A stretch of DNA of 64,000 bases, from assembly GCF_009914755.1 (NCBI RefSeq), contig NC_060932.1. One strand, 5' to 3'. The DNA is from the human T2T-CHM13v2.0 reference genome, Homo sapiens. Numbering within the stretch: position 1 is the stretch's first letter; every line of letters begins with the position of its first letter. Shown piece by piece: positions 1 to 12,010 of the stretch. The position numbers and the translations under genes are program-made. The notes under the pieces are model-generated. The model searched no databases and had not been told where the DNA came from. It worked only from the letters and a program-made list of their open reading frames with translations.

Positions 1-224
1 TAAGAATAAACATTTTGGAGTCAGACAATTTTAAAGAATCACATCCATATCCTGTGTCTTTCAAGGAAATTTACTTAAATTTTCTGAACCCAAATTTCCT
101 CTTCTGGAAATAATGATCATTTCTTCATAGGATTATTTTAAAAACTGCTTTAGACAATGTATATCTTGTCCTAGTGAAATGCCCAGTGCAGAATAGATGT
201 ACAATATATGATACTTATTATTAT
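1..224 (+). mobile_element. MIR SINE fragment
   Basis: Degenerate MIR core (ggagtcagac...ttacttaaattttctgaacccaaatttcctc...cataggattatt...gcccagtgcagaatag...tattattat); boundaries approximate. Confidence 0.6.
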
Positions 225-276
225 GACTCTAACTTTCCGAAAGTCAAGTGAACTCAAATATTGACCACATAACCAG

Positions 277-669
277 TTCTATGGTTTGAATGTTTTTGTT
301 CCCTCTCAAACTTACGTTGAAGCTTAGTCCCCAGTCCAGTACTATTGGAAGGTGGGGCCTAATGAGAAGTGCTTAGGTCATAAGGACTCCACCCTCATGA
401 ATGGATTCGTGCCACTATAAAAAGGGCTTGCAGGAGTGAGTTCACTTTCTTTTTCCCTTCTGCCATGTGAGGCCACAATGTTCAGCCCCACATGCCCTTC
501 TACTGTCTGCCATATGAGGATGCAGCAAGAGAGGCCTCACCAGACACAAGATGCTGGTGTCATGATCTTGGACTTCCCAGACTCCGGAACTGTGAGAAAT
601 AAATCATATTTTTTATAAATTACCCAGCCTCAGGTATTCTGTTATAGCAGCATAAAATGAACAGAGACA
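277..669 (+). mobile_element. MaLR solo LTR (MST/MLT1A-like)
   Basis: Starts ttctatggtttgaatg, has gaactgtgagaaataaat and ends gttatagcagcataaaatgaacagagaca; degenerate 5-bp TSD accag/acgag. Confidence 0.85.
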
Positions 670-1039
670 ACGAGAAATTTCAGGATAATTTATCTTCCTG
701 GTCAACATAAACTACTTTTCTCTCTTCTTTAATTCTTAAAACCAAGCCCAAACAATATGGATGCAAGATAATTCAGACACATCTTAAAGATTGATCTCCA
801 TGAAGCATGACTTATGTTAATCCAAATGGCCAATCCCTTTGGAAATTGCAAACTCATTTCCAATATGCAAATGAATGCAGTTTTTCAGTATCTGGAACAC
901 CATGGAATGTAAGGTAGCTCAGCCATGGGAAATGAATATGGCATTTTTGGCCAACCATCCAAAGACGTAAACAAGGGCTGAAATATTTCTGTCATTTAAG
1001 TCTCTGGTTCCCAAACATAGGTTATTGGCTGGTCTCAGG

Positions 1040-1196
1040 AATAGTGCAGAAGAATTACTTAAGATGTTTGGTAAATATGGTGTTTCCAAGCTCCAAGACC
1101 AGAAATTCTGATTTAGTCTAAAATGGGGCCCAGGAATCTGCATTTTAAACAAGTGAGCAATTCAGATGTACATCCAGGTTGAGAACTGTTGATCTA
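1040..1196. mobile_element. MER5-type hAT-Charlie DNA transposon relic
   Basis: agaaattctgatttagtc...tggggcccaggaatctgcattttaaacaag...ggttgagaactg is typical of MER5A/B. Confidence 0.65.
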
Positions 1197-2029
1197 AGCC
1201 AATGATTATTTTTCTGTGTGTATTTTATATTTCTTCACATATCTCCTGCCTCTTTCAACCTCATATTTATACTATTAAATCACAGGGAGGACAGGAGAGT
1301 GAGAACATCTTTATATTAGTCTTAGAGCCCCCTCCGCAACTTCCATTTATATTTAGAAATTCTCAAGGTGCTAGATGATACAAAATTTCTCCCTGCTTTA
1401 AGTCTTTGTATTTCATGAGAAAGCTACTTGGTATTTCAGATAGTAGTAAAGTTTTAAGACTTTAAACAGAAAATGGCAAACAGGCTTCATCTGGTATAAC
1501 ACAACTGGCTGAATAGCAGGGACTGCCTGGAATACCTCAGGGCACTCTGTCTGACAAGAGGCCCAGCTCAGGGGGAAAGCATGCTGGGTTCAATTAGTGA
1601 TGTCTGGCATGGGCAAGGACAAAGTCAAGAAAACATCACTTCCTTCCAGCTCCACTTCAAAGCACATTACCTTCAAAAGAGGAAGAGTATGAAAATTAAT
1701 TTTTAAATGATATTTACATTTAAGGTTTCCAATCATCCTTCAGTTGAGCACTTCTTTTCCATTCTTATAATTTTTCTAGCTAAACTGAATGTGCATTTCA
1801 GAATCTGTATACTCTTGGTCCAGAGAAAGTAGGCAATAATGTGCAATGAGACCAGAAACCTCTAAGAGGTGCTGGGCCCTTTGGACAAGTGAACACCAAC
1901 CAGCACTTCCCTCCTCCCACCCCAGAATGCTTTGCAGGAAGCTGGCTTTTGTAGTTTATCTGTGTATGTGTTAACAAGGATGGACTTCAATGTGAATAAA
2001 GGAATCTTTCCCCTCTCGCTGCCTTGCCT

Positions 2030-2375
2030 TGAACTATTTCTTCTATCTTAAATGCCTTCCCCATCCTCTAATGTGTTTTTATTGCAACTATACCAATCAT
2101 CTAAGGTCCAAATCAAGACCTAGCTATCTTCTAACAAAGATTTGATGAAATCTCTTTTCCAGTTGGAAGTATTCTCCCATCGTATTTAGGGACTTTATAA
2201 AAGCACCCCTGACCATCTGCCTTGTTATCTTAGTTAATTATATGTTTGTCTACCTCTCCTCCTAGATGGTGAGCCCCATTGAGTAGAGATAGGGACACAG
2301 TCATATTCATTGTGATAGCCTCACAGTGCTCAGTGTGGTGAGTTGCCTTTGTTAGCACTCAATTGAATTGAACTC
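2030..2375 (+). mobile_element. L2 3' fragment
   Basis: L2-like text (tgtttgtctacctctcctcctagatggtgagcccc...agggacacagtcatattcattg...cacagtgc) ending in gaattgaa; approximate. Confidence 0.55.
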
Positions 2376-2765
2376 AAAAGGCAGCTAGACTTTGTTTTGT
2401 TTCATAAAACTATAAAGGAAAATAAGGTATGGGTGAATTGTGCAAGGGAAAGTCTTCTTTGTGTTGTGTGTTCTTCCTGATGTGTCTGTGTACAGGGAAG
2501 CCTGCATGAGGAAATGCCCTAACTATTCACCCTCCAAGACTTTCCCTCTGCTTCTTGGGATAATGCAAAAGGAACACCAGCATTGGACTGCCCCTAGCTG
2601 AGGGCATGTTCAAGGAGATTTGGTTCCTCAGAAGACTTTACCAATCTGTATAGTGCACAGACTCTACTGCAAAGGATAACTTGCAGGGATTAGCAAAGTA
2701 GCTAATGACACACTTTCCCAAGACAGTGCTAGCCTGGAGATGTGGTCAGCAGAGCAGCCAGGGGG

Positions 2766-3009
2766 CTGTTTAGGGACATGAGGATGGGGAGATTAAAACT
2801 TCAGACTAAGGAAAGACAATGGAGGTAGCATGAGGCATATTAAAGGGAAACAGAACTCCAAGGGTTCTGGGGGAAATGAAGAACTGGGCAAGGGGAGGGC
2901 AGAACCCCATCTCAGGTCCAAGCAGCAGTTGGTTCACCACCATCCCATCTTCAGTTTGGGCAATGGAATGGAAGTGGAGTGATATGGTTTGGCTGTGTCC
3001 CCACCCAAA
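2766..3009 (+). repeat. Direct repeat copy A1 (244 bp, ~96% identical to 5233-5476), ending in the first 30 bp of a THE1 LTR
   Basis: Manual alignment: 10 substitutions, no indels. Confidence 0.95.
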
Positions 3010-3452
3010 GACTTGGAATCAACCCAAATGTCCATCAATGATAGACTGGATTAAGAAAATGTGGCACATATACACCATGGAATACTATGCAGCCATAAAA
3101 AAAGATGAGTTCATGTCCTTTGTAGGGACATGTATGAAGCTGGAAACTATCATTCTCAGCAAACTATCGCAAGGACAAAAAACCAAACACCTCATGTTCT
3201 CACTCATAGGTGGGAATTGAACAATGAGAACACTTGGACACAGGAAGGGAAACATCACACACTGGGGCCTGTTGTGGGGTGGGGGGAGGGGGGAGGGATA
3301 GCATTAGGAGATATACCTAATGTAATGACAAGTTAATGGGTGCAGCACACCAACATGGCGCATGTATACATATGCAACTAACCTGCACGTTGTGCACATG
3401 TACCCTAGAACTTAAAGTATAATAAAAAAATTAAAATTAAAAAAAAAAGAAA
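3006..3452 (+). mobile_element. 5'-truncated L1PA (L1PA4/5-like): ORF2 C-terminus, 3'UTR, poly(A)
   Basis: Encodes KTWNQPKCPSMIDWIKKMWHIYTMEYYAAIKK...IGGN*; G-rich tract, ccctagaacttaaagtataataaaaaa tail. Confidence 0.95.
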
Positions 3453-3924
3453 CCTAATTTATTACTGTAAGGTAATAAACTTCCAAAATGGAAGTTCCAT
3501 ATATTAAATTCAATACTACAGTGCTCTTCTGGGGCTGTAGGGTGTGAATTTGGGTTTCTGATGCTTCTCCCTTAGTCTCCTCTCCCATTTTTTAACCAAA
3601 TTAAATCAGTTGCCCTCAATTCTTTGTTATTATTGCATTTGCGCTGATCTTTTTTTAGTAAGATGTCTTTATTGTAATGAAAATAAAGTATTATTCTTAC
3701 GACTTTTGGAATTGAAAAAATATATATATACTAATTATGAGTCACTAGCTTTTCCTCAATACAGTATAGGTAAGAAAATACATGATTTCTGACAAGACAA
3801 TGACTAAAAAGATAAACCTATCCAAATTGTGTTATTTTCCCTCTTAGTTCTCAAAGTCATACTGGACAGAGAGTTTAGGTTTTACCAGAATAGAAAAATT
3901 AAATGAAGAAATTGAATGAACGTC

Positions 3925-4150
3925 TGTTGCATAACTATGTCCCATCCATTATGCCGGGCACATTTATATAGGTTATCCCATTTAGTCCTCACAAAATCCC
4001 AGAAAGGAGGATCAATTTCTCTTCTGTTCTAAAGGAGGAAATGAAGCTTCAGATGTTAAGAGACTGGCCCAAGAAGCAAATCTAACAAGTGGTAGAATCG
4101 GGATTTGAACTAGATCTTCTGATTCCCAGCCAGCATCTTTGCACTCTTTC
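3925..4150 (-). mobile_element. MIR
   Basis: atgccgggcac...tttagtcctcaca...gaggaaatgaagcttcagatgttaag...gggatttgaactagatc. Confidence 0.7.
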
Positions 4151-5232
4151 ATGGTGCCACTCTCTTGTAGGAATTTTGGCCTCTTGGGACCAAGGCAAGA
4201 CAAAAGGGCAAGTCGGGGGCCAGTTAGTCAGGGTGATTTCCAAGAGCCATTCCCCTGTTCCACTGGCAGTGTCCTCTGCTCTACCCTGAGCCAAGCCTTT
4301 TAAGGGCTCCAGCCTCCGGGTGGCTGTAACTTACCCTGGAGCAATCTCCCTCTGCCTTATATTGACAGAGGGGAATATACAGAAGAGGGGGACAGAGGGC
4401 TTCCTCCTGGCCACACCCCAAAGGAGGATTGACTTACAGAGGCACAGAGAGAAGAGGTCTCCTCTCAGTGTTGTTCTAATGGGGCCCCCTCCCTTCCTTA
4501 CAAGGATGCTATGAGGACAAATGAAGTAATATACCTGAAGTGTTCTGAGAGCTTCCTAAGTGCTACATAAATATAACAATGGAGTTGCTGATGCTGATCA
4601 CAATAATAACTACAGTGATGATGAGCCTATACCCACAGTCATTATTTAAGGGAATATTTCAAGTGAGAAAACCCCACCAAAATCAATCCACTGAAGTTTA
4701 TTTAGAAGAGAGGCTGCTAATAAAAATGTTATGGGAATGTGAGCTCTTGGGAAATAATGATGATTTTCTTCTATTAAAAGACTCATCAGATCCATTTCCA
4801 AAGTACAGCTCAGTTATTTGTGGGTCCTTTGCTGCTCCACAGAAGAAGTTCTTGTTTAAAGAGAAAGAGGAAGCTGCTCTCACTGAAGCTCCAGAGTTTG
4901 GAGATACAACTGGCCTGTGTTTCTAGAGCCACTGCCAGCTATGCCCATTTACAGAGGAGCCTGCACCAGCAAAGCATCTGTTTTTTATTTTCTTCTTTCT
5001 TCTCTCATCTCCCATCCCCATCAGCAGCTGCTAAATAGCTTGAGTTTAGAGTCATTACTAATGGAACAATAATGGGCTGGTGCTGTCTTTTTCAGAGCTG
5101 GGTAAGGTTACACTACAAAGATAAATCTACCCACGTATGAAAACCCAGCATGGAGTGAACATGGAGTTACCCATTGCAGCAGCTGTCCGCTCCCACACAG
5201 TATGGGTCTGATCCCTGCTTGCTTGCATTACC

Positions 5233-5476
5233 CTGTTTAGAGACATAAGGATGGGGATATTAAAACTTCAGACTAAAGAAAGACAATGGAGGTAGCATGA
5301 GGCATATTAAAGGGAAACAGAACTCCAAGGGTTCTGAGGAAAATGAAGAACTGGGCAAGGGGAGGGCAGAATCCCATCTCAGGCCCAAGCAGCAGTTGGT
5401 TCACCACCATCCCATCTTCAGTTTGGGCAATGGAATGGAAGTGGAGTTATATGGTTTTGCTGTGTCCCCACCCAAA
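5233..5476 (+). repeat. Direct repeat copy A2
   Basis: Partner of 2766-3009; runs on into the complete THE1 LTR. Confidence 0.95.
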
Positions 5477-5786
5477 TCTCATCTTGAATTGTAGCTCCCA
5501 TAATTCCCAGGTGTTGTGGGTGGGACCTCATGGGAAATAATTGAATCATGGGGACAGTCCCCCTATACTGTTCTCATGGTAGTGAATAAATCTCACAAGA
5601 TCTGATTATTTTATAAGGGATTTCCCCTTTGGCTTGGCTCTCATTCTCTGTTGTCTGCCGCCATATAAGACGTGCCTTTCACCTTCTGCCATGATTGTGT
5701 GTCCTCCCCAGTCATGTGGAACTGTGAGTCCATTAAACCTCTTTTTCTTTATAAATTACTCAGCAGTGTGAAAACGGGCTAATACA
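5447..5786 (+). mobile_element. THE1 (MaLR) solo LTR
   Basis: t(t)atatggttttgctgtgtccccacccaaatctcatcttgaattgtagctccc...ggctaataca; 5-bp TSD tggag on both sides. Confidence 0.95.
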
Positions 5787-7520
5787 TGGAGAGAAGACTA
5801 TTCTAATGCCATTTCAATCCTGGACTTCTGAATCCCCCTGACCATGAGGCATCACCAGGAGAGAAAAAGATAACCATCAGCAGCATTTTGGAACTCAGTG
5901 ATGAGTCTTGCTTCTGATTCCTTGCAAATGTCTCCAAAAAACACCATGAAGAAGTGGACTACAGGATAGGTGAGAGCTGAGATCGGCTGCAGAAGGAAAC
6001 TCACCACCATTATTTTCCTTCAAAGATGGAATTCGCCACTGAAAAAAGCTAGATAAGGAAGCCACATGGAGTGATGCTAGGCTATTTGTATTGTAGTGCC
6101 CACACTCTGGGGTTTACACAGTTGTGGGCTAAGGTGACCCAGCTTGGCCCTGGAATAAACACAAGGCAGTTTCCTGCTCACAGGTGAGGCCAAACCATGA
6201 CAGGCAGACCTGGATCTTCACCAAGGCTCTGTGCACCTTGAATGTGCCATCTCCTGGTATTTGCAGCAAGAAAGGGAGGATTTTCAGGACATCTCTCCTT
6301 AGTTATCACCCTGACTCAATTCAAAAATTAGTGAAAAATGGTTGCCATTTTATTGATTCTCAGAAAGCAAAGAGACCTGCCCAATAACACCTCCTGCTCT
6401 TCTAAATTCAGCATTCCAAGGTGGATTCAGTGCAAAACTGGATTTTTTCCCTTCAACTGAGCAAGCTAAGAAATATACATATACCATTATGTGTTTCCTG
6501 ATGGTAATTTAAAACTTTTTTTATATTAAAATACAGATGTGTGATGATAGAGCATATAAAACATGGAAGAATTTTTAGCATTAAACACTAAACTTCAAAT
6601 ATTTAACACCTACACTGAGATGTTTCAGGCCAGGGAATCCCTGGGGACTAGTGTCCACCCCCTCTGCCCTCACTTGAGTGAAAAGGTTTCAGAAGCACTG
6701 TGCTGAGTTGAGTTCCCTGCTGCCTGTCCACTCTCTAGCTAAGGGATTCAATTTCATTATCTGTAGATGAAGCTGTAAAATCTTTAAAGTGTGGACATAT
6801 TCTGTGGAGATTTGGTTCTGGAGCTTTTTCCCCAGAAGCCTTCAAGGAGAGAGGAGGCACACTTCGTTTAGAATGATTGAACCGTGGTCTGTATATCGCA
6901 GGAGAAAAAAAAAAAAACAAACAAACAAAAAAAAAAAAAAACCTGATTTCCAAAAGGCTCTTAACCTTGTTAATTCACAATGTTTCCTTTGCCCTATGCA
7001 AGACTTTCTCTACCTAGAAGGGTGCAATGATCGGTAGGTCCATCCCCTTCCCTTTTCCCTGTTCTCTTCATCTAAATGATGCTTTTCACTTCCACTCTCA
7101 TCCCGTCTTAACAAGATATTAGGATTTCCTTCCCGAAGAAAATGAGGCCACTGTCTCTCCAGCTTCATTGTCACAGAAACCAAGCTCTTTACAAAGGCAT
7201 CCACATGCAGGCACTACCACCCTCATCTTGCCAATGGGGACCCTGCCACCTTACTCTATGCTCCAAGTCCCCAAACTAGTGAATCCAGATGTCCAAGTCT
7301 GTCATGGAGTCAGAAAGACAGGGAGCCACTGGCCTGGAACTGGAACCTGATAACCAAAGAGAATCCTCCCATCCCCCATCCAGGCAGAATACAAGATGCC
7401 TGCATTGGGCAAATGCTGCTCACACTCGAAATATTTCGGAATGACTGCGGGAGGGGCCTTGTATTTCCTTAGCACTTGGGACTTTCCTAAATGCAGTGGC
7501 TAGTCTAAAATCATGTGCCT

Positions 7521-7808
7521 GGCTCTGCACAGTGGCACATGTTGATAATCCTAGCAGTTTGGCAGGCCGAGGCAGCAGGATCACTTGAGATCAGGTGTTG
7601 GAGACCAGTCTAGAAACATAGCAAGACCCCCATCTCTACAAAAAAATATGAAAAATTAGCTGGGTGTGGTGCCTTGTACCTGTACTTCCAGCTACTTGGG
7701 AGGCTGAAGTGGAAAGATGGCTTGAGCCCAGGAGTTCAAGGTTGTGGTGATCATGCCACTGTGCTCCAGCCTGGGCAACAGAGCAAGACCCTGTCTCAAC
7801 AAATAAAT
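7521..7808 (+). mobile_element. Alu (J-like)
   Basis: Dimeric Alu with A-rich linker and tail. Confidence 0.9.
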
Positions 7809-7888
7809 TATATATATATATATATACACACACACATATATATATATACACACATATATATACACACACACATATATATATATGTGTG
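7809..7888. repeat. Compound (TA)n/(CA)n microsatellite at Alu tail
   Basis: Seen directly. Confidence 0.95.
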
Positions 7889-7967
7889 TCCCCAAAACCA
7901 CTTCATCTGTACTTATTCAAGCCTATACCAGAGTGACCATTTGTTTAGCTAAGGGGAGTTTGGGTTT

Positions 7968-8149
7968 GCAGAGCAGAACATGACCTAAGTGCCATCCCTG
8001 GCTGGTGTTCAGCCCATCAGACTTTCACTGGGATTCTGATCTCATTCTGAGCTGGCCAAGTCATTCTCAAAAGAAATGGGGACTTCTCACTTATCTTTGA
8101 CCCAACATCCTGGACTCAGAAACAATTTTGAACAAAAGAGAGGGAAGCT
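7968..8149 (+). repeat. Direct repeat copy B1 (~182 bp, ~96% identical to 10136-10318)
   Basis: Manual alignment: 7 substitutions and 1 indel; not a recognisable TE. Confidence 0.95.
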
Positions 8150-8609
8150 TTAAAAAGAAGCTTCAATAATGTTGGCATGCAGTGCAAATTGCCGTGTAGA
8201 TGGCTTGTGCAAAGGGAATTCAATCTCATTTCCAACACTCTCAGATTAACACTGCTATGATTTATTCCTGAGCCCTAATATTATGTGTGAGGTGCTAAAG
8301 CATTTCGGTTGGGTGTCACATCCTGTCACCAGAAAGCTTAACTATTTTCAGGATAGTTCTTGAACCACAGACATGACTGTACTCAACCTTGCCCACAAAG
8401 TATGTATCCATACAATTCCATTGTCCTCAAGACAATGGAAAGAAAACATAAGATAAAGTTTTTTTAAAAACTTTTATTCACTCATTTATTTAAAAATTCT
8501 CACTGAGCTTATATTATCTGCGGACACTCGGCCTAAGATCTTTGGTCCCAGTGTGGGTCAGCAGAATGACCAGTAAAATATGCGTTTCTTATGTGAGACT
8601 TCAACTGCA

Positions 8610-8913
8610 TTTTTGTTGTTGTTGTTTTTGAGACAGGGTTTCACTCTGTCACCCAGGCTGGAGTGTCATGGCATGATCTCAGCTCACTGCAACCTCTGCC
8701 TCCTAGGTCCAACCGATTCTCTCCCACCTCAGCCTCCCAAGTAGCTGGGACTACAGGCACACATGACCACGCCCAGCTAATTTTTGTATTCTTAGTAGAG
8801 ACAGGGCTTTGCCATGTTGGCCAGGCTGGTCTTGAACTCCTGACCTCAAGTAAGCCGCCCACCTCGGCCTCCCAAAATGCTGGGATTATAGGCATGAGCC
8901 ACAGCGCCTGGCG
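8610..8913 (-). mobile_element. Alu (S/J)
   Basis: Full antisense Alu; TSD gagacttcaactgca / gagacttcagctgaa. Confidence 0.95.
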
Positions 8914-9147
8914 GAGACTTCAGCTGAAGATGCACTGGGGCAATACACTGGAGTGACACCTTTGTTTCCTCCATCACTTTCACCATCTCCATCACCCCAC
9001 CCCCATTAAACTAGACCTTACCCTTTACTCCCAGGGAAAGGACAACAGAATAGGAATGCTGACAAAAACAAACAAGAATTCTTCATTTTCCAGTTTCCAG
9101 GAGCAGCCCCTGCAATATAAGACTTCTCTGAAATACTTTTGACTTGA

Positions 9148-9537
<390 letters not shown>

Positions 9538-10135
9538 TAAATGTGGCAAGGAGACCACATGGGAGCCTCTCCACTCACTTCCTTAAGCACAACCAGTAGA
9601 AGTCATTTTAAATGTTTAGCACCTAATCCTAGTCACACCTATAGTTAGGATAATGATTGCCTTTAGATGCAGTGGTTCCTCGGCAAGGCAGCTGTTCCCT
9701 TTCCATGAGCCCCCTTTCCCAACGAAAGAAATTTTCACCCTTCTGGCTGGAGGGTCTCAGGTTCAAGCTTTTTAACCCTCTCCCCCAAACGCTATTACCC
9801 ATAAGAATAGTAATCACATCACCCACAAAGTGTCTAGGAGATACTTTAGGACCCAAGAAGCTTCTGTTTCTAGGTGGTAAATCTATTTACTTTCAGCTAA
9901 GAGTCAGGTCACTCCCATATCTTCCATATACTCAGTCAGGGTATGGGGTATCTTAGACCTCAGTCTTCCCCTCTGCCAAATGGGTCGTGCAGCATAAATG
10001 GTATCCACGAGGAGACCCAGAGAGGTGAATCACAGTCTCAGAGAAGTGACCGGATGCCAGAAGTGATGATGTGCTTTAGCGATCATTAAACAGAAGGGAG
10101 CCCCAGAGAGCGGAAGGAACTCCCCCAAGTCACAG

Positions 10136-10318
10136 GCAGATCAGAACATAACCTAAGTGCCATCCCTGGCTGGTGTTCAGCCCATTCAGACTTTCACTGG
10201 GATTCTGATCTCATTCTGAGCTGGCCAAGTCATTCTCGAAAGAAGTGGGGACTTCTCACTTCTCTTTGACCCAACATCCTGGACTCAGAAACAATTTTGA
10301 ATAAAAGAGATGGAAGCT
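10136..10318 (+). repeat. Direct repeat copy B2
   Basis: Partner of 7968-8149; abuts a MIR-like fragment (~10090-10140) and an 11-bp-stem hairpin (10316-10347). Confidence 0.95.
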
Positions 10319-10344
10319 CCTAGTTCTGCCCTGACGGAACTAGG

Positions 10345-10930
10345 AGCCCCGCCCCACCCCCTCCCGCAGTTACTAGATTCCCTGACCAGGGCTCTTTCCC
10401 CGACACAAAAACTCTTCAATACACAAATGCCTTCTAGTCCCATCAGGACCTGGGGATGAGAGTCCAGGGAGCCAGCACCGTCTTGCCCCGTGCGGGGAGA
10501 GGGGTGGTGACACTTTCAGTCCGCGGCCAGCAGCCACTGGGGAGGCCCGGCTCCAGCACGCCCCTCCGTCCCCTGCCTGGATAGAGGCTTCCACTCCGCG
10601 TGTGTAACTCAGAGCCACATGACACTGAAATGCTAAGTGAAGAGCAATTAACTTTTGCTTCTGAAAACCCACTTTAGCTTTCCATAACTCTTCGGGGGCC
10701 ATTTCAGCTCAGCCAAACCTCCCGCACATTCTCCCTAAGCAATAAATTACCTTCCTGGCTTTAATTAGCTGCTGGCGCGCAAGCGGGGCTGGGTGCTGAC
10801 GTGCTGCTTTCCCACAGGTCCCATTCTGTCACACAGACTCCAGGAGAAGGCGGCGGCGGGGGGCGCTGGGCCCCCTCTGCGAGACCAGGCCTGTAGCAGA
10901 CGCCTCACCTGCCCGCGGTGTGAGGGAGGA
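10345..10930. promoter_or_regulatory. GC/CpG-enriched candidate regulatory element
   Basis: Locally elevated CpG, GC box (gccccgcccc), TAATTA, no TE signature. Confidence 0.4.
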
Positions 10931-11519
10931 AGCCTGAAAGTCCAAGCCTCATGGAGGTTAAAGTCTAATGTAGACCAAGTCCAAGTTCGATGGAGAGCCT
11001 TAGACTCCCCCTTTAGGCCTCTTGACCCCTTAGCGATGTGCCCTCAGACCCATGTTCCCTCTCTCCAGCCTTCTCTTCCTTCAGTCGGCCCCCAAAACAC
11101 ACACGCATGCAGACACACCAGCCCTCAGATACCCGAGCTCTTCATCTTCCTCATTCTTGCTAGGGGAGAAATTACTGACAGAGCTTAACATATAAACCCT
11201 CCCAGGAGACTTTGCTGTATAATTGTGAGCTAAGCTTGAGTCAGAATGAATAAATCTCTAAGTACGGGGTTTAGTCACATCTGTGGGCCGAAATGTATTG
11301 GCTGGGGAAGAAAGAAGTAAAACAGCACCTTCAGAATCCCAGACACCATTCTAAGCCCAAGATTAAGATTTGGGGTGCAGCCAACCCTATCTCTAACTAG
11401 AAATGGGTCCCTCAGCAAGTCCCCTCCCTTCTTCAGTCCAGGTGCCCATGAGAAAGCTGTGACGGGTGAACCCAAGTGCCTCGGGGCCCTGCCGTACTGT
11501 GATTCCGGAGGTCGGGCAT

Positions 11520-12010
11520 GTGCACACAAGAGTGTGAGTATGAGCGTGTGTGGGGGTTGGTGTATGAATGTGTGTGTCAGAGTGTGTGTGTGACTGTGAG
11601 TGTATGTGTGTGTCAGTGTGTGGGTGTGTGAATGTGTGTGTCAGAGAGTGTGAGCGTATGTGTCAGAGTGTGAGTGTGTCCAAGAGTGTGTGACTGCGTG
11701 TGTGTGCAGTTGTGTGAGTGTGAGTGTGTGTGAGACTGTAGGTGTGTGAGTGTGTGGGTGGGCATGTGAATATGTGTGTGTGTGAGTGTGAGGGTATGGG
11801 AGTGTGAGCTTGTGTGTGTGAGTGTGTCAGAGTGTGTGTAGTGTGTGAGTGTGATAGTGTCCGTGTGTGTGAAACTGTGTGTGTGCGTGTGTTCGGGTAT
11901 GTGAGTGTGAGCTTGTGTGTGTGTGTCAGAGTGTGTGTAGTGTGAGTGAGTGTGATAGTGTCAGTGTGTGTGTGAAACTGTGTGTGCGTGTGAGTGTGTG
12001 TGAGTGTGTA
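11520..12010. repeat. TG-rich degenerate tract with an internal ~100-bp tandem duplication
   Basis: gagcttgtgtg...gtgatagtgtc...gaaactgtgt occurs at ~11797-11891 and ~11899-11992. Confidence 0.9.

Noticed and set aside
2876-3336. 114-aa ORF with real protein similarity
   Set aside because: The similarity is only the L1 ORF2 C-terminal remnant; no evidence of an expressed gene
5082-5107. Possible 6-nt microexon (ttttcag|agctgg|gtaagg)
   Set aside because: No host gene evident; such motifs arise by chance
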